A DNA stretch of 64,000 nucleotides from NCBI GenBank assembly GCA_964016885.1, contig OZ024741.1, forward strand, positions 153,946,001 through 154,010,000, given 5' to 3'. Positions 53,610 through 64,000 of this stretch are shown piece after piece; position 1 is the stretch's first letter, and the number at the start of each line of letters is the position of its first letter. The notes under the pieces are model-generated. The model was not told where the DNA came from, did no database searches, and was given only the letters and a program-made list of their open reading frames with translations. The DNA is from Eledone cirrhosa (taxonomy: Eukaryota). The translations under genes were made by a program, and so were the position numbers.

Positions 53610-54450
53610 TATGATGGCCTCAGAGCCCTCAAACACTTCCTTGACCTTGGTCTCAACCCTCCACCCCACCCTTATCTACATTGCTTTTGCTCCTTCCAAC
53701 CTGCCCTTAATTTCACCTCCTCTATCCCTACCACATCAGTCAACTTCGTAGACATTTCCATTTCCATTGATCATTCTCATCACCTCTATCTTCAAGCCTG
53801 TCAACTCTCACTTTACTTTTATTTCTTTTCCTCTCATGCCAAACACTATCTCTATTCTGTCTCCACTGCCTGTGTAGCCAAAGCCATGATTTTGAAACTC
53901 AAGCTGAATACACGGCTAGACTTCCCTCGACACAGATACCCCACTACCCTGGACCAAGCTGCCCTGACCCATGCTCTTGCAGTCACCTGCATCACTACCT
54001 TCACACCACACCCCATCCTACCAACTGACTATCCTTCTCCCTTACCTACCACCCCTCCACCTTGCTTCTGCAGAAGCAAAGTGTAGCCACCTATAGCTGG
54101 ATCTCTCACCTGCCTTTAATTCCCTAGTTCTCAGTTCCTTTCCTCTCTCCAACTTCTCTCTCAGATCCCAACCCTGCTGTCATACATACCGTTTCATCAC
54201 CAACACCACCATTCTCAATAGATCCAATGACCGCTCCTTCCAATTGTCTAATATATTTAGGATATTCAGCTTGGCAACCAGTCTCTGGTTGCCCAACAGT
54301 TCCTCTCTGCCAACCATTCCACACACCACCTCATTGTTTTCGACCTTGTGTCCTGCACTGAACCCCCAGACTTGCATCTAGAGGGAACAGCACCTCATTT
54401 ATTTTCAAACTGTTATCCATTTACTTCAATGCATCACCTCTTTTCCTCTC
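53610..54450 (+). pseudogene. Decayed Penelope-like element (RT C-terminus plus end of GIY-YIG), different lineage from the 44-kb copy
   Basis: DGLRALKHFLD, PALNFTSSI..SVNFVDISI, KPVNSH..SSH, LCSQSHDFE, VAQQF.SANHS, EQHLI motifs with internal deletions; C-rich sense strand. Confidence 0.7.
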
Positions 54451-55214
54451 ATGAGCTCTCCTAACTGTACCCTTCATACTTCCCATCCACTTGCATACCA
54501 ACACATGCACTATCCACATCACATGACAATGTTTACCAACACACCAAAACGCACATACATATATTAATGCACATAGATACACACACAGATACATACTTAA
54601 GCACAGGTGCACTCCATACACATTCACACTCCCATTGTCAATAAACTTACACGTGGACTGAACCACATACATCCATAAACACACTAATACGATCAGACAC
54701 AGATTGGACCACATACATACATGCAAATACACACACACTGATAATACACCACTTCAACACATACACGCACAAACAAAAAATAAAAGCAACCAACAGACAC
54801 ATGCACACACACACAGGATACATACCCCAACAGGCATATATCCATACAAACACATACCCATTAACAATACATGCAAACACACATGGACTGAATCTGCCAC
54901 CCCAATACACCATCACCAACAAAATATACACCACTCTAACACATGCACGAAAGTAGAAATAAAACACAAACATTTCACTTCAAACTGATTTGCAAGAACA
55001 TCCCCTTCAATTCCTCAATTCTTTTAAATTCTTTTATTTCGGAATACAGGCTTTGAATATCCCTTCTCACTTGGTACTATCCCTCACCACACACAGATAT
55101 ATGCTTATACACAAACACACACACACACATTCACTCCTATTGACATACCAATCCTGGATTAATTATGTTCAATGCTATCCTTATTAATGGCATAAGTCCT
55201 AGTATATATATATA

Positions 55215-56165
55215 TCATCATCATCATCACCACCATTTAACGTCCGTTTTTCCACACTAGCATGGGTTAGACAAGTTTTCCTGTTGTGAGATAGGCCAGG
55301 TCAGATAACTGTGTCTTGCTCACACACAACTGATTTTGGCTTAGTTTCTATGGCTGGATGCCATTGCTAATGCCAACCACATTTACAGTGTGGGCTAGGT
55401 GCTTTCTGTCATGTCGCCATCATGACCACTTTACAGTGTGTGACGGAGATTGGGGAGCTGGGTATAAGAACGTGTGTGGTACGGAGTGTTAGGATGTGGG
55501 AGGTGTATGGAAGGAAGTGGTGCATACTAGATGAATGCTTCAGCCTGTGCTCATAGGAAGGCAGGTCTTCAGTATTACTGCATAACGCCAGAGATCTCAG
55601 ACCTGTGTTATCACCTTTGATAATTCTGCTAGGTCAGCTTTTATCACCTTACCCCAAGTCTTCCTGGGTCTTCTTACTGAATAGCTTCCATCAACATTGA
55701 GTGTTCTGCATGTTTTTATACAACTGTCATCCTTCATATACATCACATGTCCATACCAATGCCATCTCCTCTCCTGCACACTGCATCTGATCCCTCTTAT
55801 GCCTAGTTTCTCTCTCAGTTCATTTATGCTGTGCTGTTCATGTATATTGCTACTACACATCCATTGAAGCATGCAAGATGCCTTTCTTTCCAATCTTCGC
55901 AGGTCCTCTGCACACAGCGCCTCATTACCATGCAACATTGCTGTTTATATACACTCATCATACAATCTGTCCTTTATTTTGAGGGAAAAGCCTTTTGTGG
56001 CTAGCAGTGGTAGTAGCTCCCTGAGTTTCTTCCATCTTGTTCTCACTCTGGCTACTGTACCTCCAGAACACTTACCTTCACTGCTAATTTGGTCACCCAG
56101 GTAACAGAAGCTGTCTACTGCTTCTACCAAACCTCCCCAGAATTTGATAGCACCTGTTTTCTATG
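55215..56165 (-). mobile_element. 5'-truncated RTE LINE
   Basis: VDSFCYLGD, ARVRTRWKKLRELLPLL, MLHGNE, RRWHWYGHV, RPRKTW; 3' UTR ends in AACCCATGCTAGTGTGGAAAAACGGACGTTAAA..(ATG)n. Confidence 0.9.
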
Positions 56166-56184
56166 GTTGTTTACTTTATATATA

Positions 56185-56807
56185 TCATCATCATCATTAC
56201 CATTTTACGTCCGTTCTTCCACGCTAGCATGGGTTAGACGGGTTGTCCTGTTGTGGGCAGTAGCCGGTCGGCTGACAATGTCTTGCTCATACGGGAACTG
56301 ATTTGGCTTGATTTCTACAGCTGGATGCCCTTCCTAACACCAACCTCATTTACAGTGAGTGCTGGGTGCTTTTTTTCCGTGGCGCCTACACGTCCACTTT
56401 ACAGTGTGGGCTGGGTGCTTTTTTGCCGTGGCGCTTCCACGACCACTTTGTAGTAGGGGAATATTGTCTATATGCTTCAGCTTGTACCCGTGGGGAGGTC
56501 GGGTCTTCTGTATTACTGCATGACACCAGAGGTCACGGTCGTGTGTCATCGCCTTTGAGAGGTGTAATTGGTTAAGGTCGGCTTTTATCACCTCATCCCA
56601 GGTCTTCTTGGGTTTCCCCACTCCACGGCTTCCACCGACTTCTAGTGCTCTGCACCTTTTTATGCAGCTGTGATCCTTCATACGCATCACATGTCCATAC
56701 CAATGCAACCTCCTCTCCTGCACACAGCATATGATTCCTCTTATGCTCAGTCTCTCTCTTAATTTGTTTATGCTTTGCCATTCGCGTATATTACTATTAC
56801 ACATCCA
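56185..56807 (-). mobile_element. 5'-truncated RTE LINE
   Basis: QERRLHWYGHVMRMKD..GKPKKTWDE..DRDLW; 3' UTR carries the same GGAAGGGCATCCAGCTG module and tail. Confidence 0.9.
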
Positions 56808-57984
56808 TATATATATATGTGTGTGTGCATTATATATGTATTTATATTCTAAAGACTTAATCATGCAGGCTTTTTTTTCAAACTTCCATATAATAGACAT
56901 CATACTGCACAGTTTATCTTCTATTCTCTTGATTTACCCTTTCTATTCTTCAGTGTCATTCTTCTTTGTCTGCATGTTGAAATACAGTCCATATTATTCT
57001 CTGCTGTTTTACTATTTCTCTCCTCTCTATATTTTTTCTCTTTTGGCTAAGCACTCATGCACCATTCTCTTCCTTCTTTGCCAGTTGATGAAGATGGGAT
57101 AGTTTTTCATCTATATTTGTGTAATTTGCTTAAAGGCATAAATTGTCTCTTCCTGTTTTGTTATGTCCCAGTCTGCACTGGAATGTATGGTATCAACTTT
57201 ATTGCATTGAAATCAGTGATTTCCAGAAGTTGAATGAGGAGATGCAGCTGTCCATCTTTCTGTTGTTTTTTCCATTGTCTTTGTCATATTAAACTTAAGC
57301 CAAAACCTCAATTTGGGAGGATATAACCTAAACTGACTAAAATAGTCAGTTTAGTACTCATATAGTTCCCCTACCATGGTTTCTGGAATTCAATAAAAAT
57401 ATTAATTATTTCAAAACATTGGAATAACCAATATTGGAAGAATTTAAATTCCATCATCAGGGGGCAAATTCTTTGGAATATGAAGAGATATTGAATATAA
57501 AGCATGCAGACCATGTCACTGCCAAAATGGCATGGTGTCCGATGTGTTGCATCATTGAAATACTAAATGAACATATCTCTGTAAATGTATTAGCATAATT
57601 CAATGGGCTTATACTGACGTTGGAAATAGCAGCCAAATCTGTCTACTCAACAATAAAGTAGTTAATATTAATTAAAAAGTTATTTGTCTCTAATACTTAG
57701 ACATCTCAATGAAAGGATAACATATACTAATAAATTATCAACTCAGAGAAGTAATTAAACATTGAGATGTATAAGTTTTAAAGACATTTTAAATGATATA
57801 TGTATGTATATGTATACATATATATATGAATATATATGTACATGTATATGTATATGTGTATATATATATGTATAAATGTGTATATATATATATATATAAA
57901 CTAGGAGGTGAGTTTTATTGTAGCACAATAAAGCAATGCAAATATCGGATAAGTAGCACTCTACAGTTTGTAGGACGAGTATAA

Positions 57985-58197
57985 ATAATATAAGATCAAA
58001 AGATGGTTAAAAGAGTTCCAAGTATTTTATTATGCGCATTTCAAAAACAAATATCATCATGTTTTTTAAGCTTCGTATCATGTCTCCCTATTTTATCTGA
58101 TGAGAACGCAGATATCATCCCATGATGATATTTGTTTTTGAAATGCGCATAATAAAATACTTGGAACTCTTTTAACCATCTTTTGATCTTATATTAT
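57985..58197. repeat. Perfect 77-bp inverted repeat with 59-bp spacer
   Basis: 57985-58061 is the exact reverse complement of 58121-58197. Confidence 0.95.
58089..58159 (+). ncRNA. Minimal type I hammerhead ribozyme #1
   Basis: Stem I TATTTTAT/ATAAAATA; CTGATGA 58097-58103; 16-position stem II GAACGCAGATATCATC-ccat-GATGATATTTGTTTTT (one mismatch, G-U pairs); GAAA 58140-58143; palindromic stem III ATGCGCAT; predicted cleavage after A58151 (AUA). Confidence 0.8.
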
Positions 58198-58419
58198 ATA
58201 TATATATCATCATTTAACGTCCATCTTCCACGCTAGTTTGGGTTAGACATATATATGTTTATATGTATGTATATATATGTGTATATATAAGTAGGAGTAT
58301 TTAATTTGTTGGAAGTCCGACAAATATAAATGTTTATAACTGATTTATAGTACTCAACAGATTACTGGATTAAATATTCAATATTAAATAAATGGAAACT
58401 ATATTTATAAAACCATATT

Positions 58420-58482
58420 TATTTTATTATATATATTTCAAGGGTACCAAGACACATTGGTACGCTTTCATCAGATAAAATA
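58420..58482 (-). ncRNA. Minimal type I hammerhead ribozyme #3 (inverted copy of #2)
   Basis: Exact reverse complement of 58612-58674. Confidence 0.8.
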
Positions 58483-58611
58483 CAAAGTTTGTTTTATAAA
58501 TAGAGACAAAATCATACCTTATCGGTTGGATATTCACTGGATATCCAGTGAATATCCAACCAATAAGGTATGATTTTCATGGGCATGTCTCTATTTATAA
58601 AACAAACTTTG

Positions 58612-58674
58612 TATTTTATCTGATGAAAGCGTACCAATGTGTCTTGGTACCCTTGAAATATATATAATAAAATA
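58612..58674 (+). ncRNA. Minimal type I hammerhead ribozyme #2
   Basis: Stem I TATTTTAT/ATAAAATA; CTGATGA 58620-58626; stem II AAGCGTACCAA-tgtgtc-TTGGTACCCTT (one C-C mismatch); GAAA 58655-58658; palindromic stem III ATATATAT; predicted cleavage after A58666. Confidence 0.8.
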
Positions 58675-58867
58675 AATATGGTTTTATAAATATAGTTTCC
58701 ATTTATTTAATATTGAATATTTAATCCAGTAATCTGTTGAGTACTATAAATCAGTTATAAACATTTATATTTGTCGGACTTCCAACAAATTAAATACTCC
58801 TTCTACTTATATATACATATACATATATATTTACATATAAACATATATATGTCTAACCCAAACTAGC

Positions 58868-63220
<4,353 letters not shown>

Positions 63221-63221
<1 letters not shown>

Positions 63222-64000
63222 CATCATCATCAACGTTTAACGTCCGTGTTCCACGCTTGCATGGGTTTGGACGGGGGTAGTCCCACTTGAGGCAAGAGTG
63301 ATTGTCTTGCTCGCATAGGACTGTCTGGCAGGTTCTCTACAGTTGGATGCCCTTCCTAACACCAACCACATTTACAGTGTGGGTCTGGGAGGTTTTTACC
63401 GTGTTGCCTACACGGCCACATTACAGCGTGGACTGTGTGTTTTTTTGTCGTGACACCCACACGATCTCATTTGTTTCGGCCTGGATGGCGCGGCACCAAC
63501 ATAACTTTACATAGAACGGGGTGGTGTGGATGGGGTGGGGGTGGTGGCGGGACGGGGTGTATTTTGTTAGAGATGCCTACTGGCAAGGCGGGTCTTCTCT
63601 GTTACTGAGTACCGCCAAAGGTCTCTTGGAGAGGTGTAAGTGTGTGAGGTCGGAGTTTATCAACTCCTCCCATGTTTTTCTAGGTCTGCCTATTCCGTGG
63701 CTACCGTCTATCTTTATTGCCCTGCACTTTGTAATACAGCTATCGACTTTCATGCGCATCACGTGTCCATACCAACGCAGCCTTCTCTCGAGTAAACAAC
63801 ATCTGATCCCTCTTATCTCTAATTTTTTCCTTAGTTCGTTTATGCTTTGCCGTTCACGTATATTACTGTTACACATCCAGCGGAGCATGCAAGCTTCGTT
63901 CCTCTCTAGTCTGCGTATATCCTCTGCACACAATGCCCAGGTCTCACTACCATGCAACATTGCTGTTCGTATGCAGGCATCGTACAACCTGCCTTTCATT
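63221..64000 (-). mobile_element. RTE LINE 3' part, runs off the window
   Basis: KGRLYDACIRTAMLHGSETW..LERNE..MLRWM..RRLRWYGHVMRM..GRPRKTW; 3' UTR and (ATG)n tail abut the TA array. Confidence 0.92.

Larger units (their letters stand above)
58232..58867. repeat. 636-bp spacer-less palindrome
   Basis: Centre GGAT|ATCC at 58542/58543; arms 311 and 325 bp differ by a 9-bp indel, a 3-bp indel, one central substitution and changes in the microsatellite part. Confidence 0.95.

Overview
Eukaryotic, AT-rich (roughly one-third GC by eye), repeat-dense genomic DNA. The SINE, LINE and microsatellite content looks like a coleoid cephalopod (Octopus-like); that assignment is inference from repeat families I recognise. 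The window holds one complete protein-coding gene, Rab11 (+ strand, 6 coding exons 6480-46418, 215 aa, 30-kb first intron), with a CRE/ETS/YY1-type promoter and a probably long 3' UTR. The rest is tRNA-derived SINEs, RTE-clade LINE fragments, a GC-rich CRE-type retrotransposon fragment, two decayed Penelope-like element (PLE) ORFs, Tc1/mariner fossils, piggyBac- and hAT-type MITEs, mini/microsatellites and a ~4.35-kb (TA)n/(TG) array. The most notable structure is at 57.9-58.9 kb: two related, non-coding fold-back elements embedded in (TA)n that carry three intact minimal hammerhead ribozymes with palindromic stem III (dimer type), directly abutting the giant TA array. Coordinates were counted by hand; repeat boundaries are approximate.
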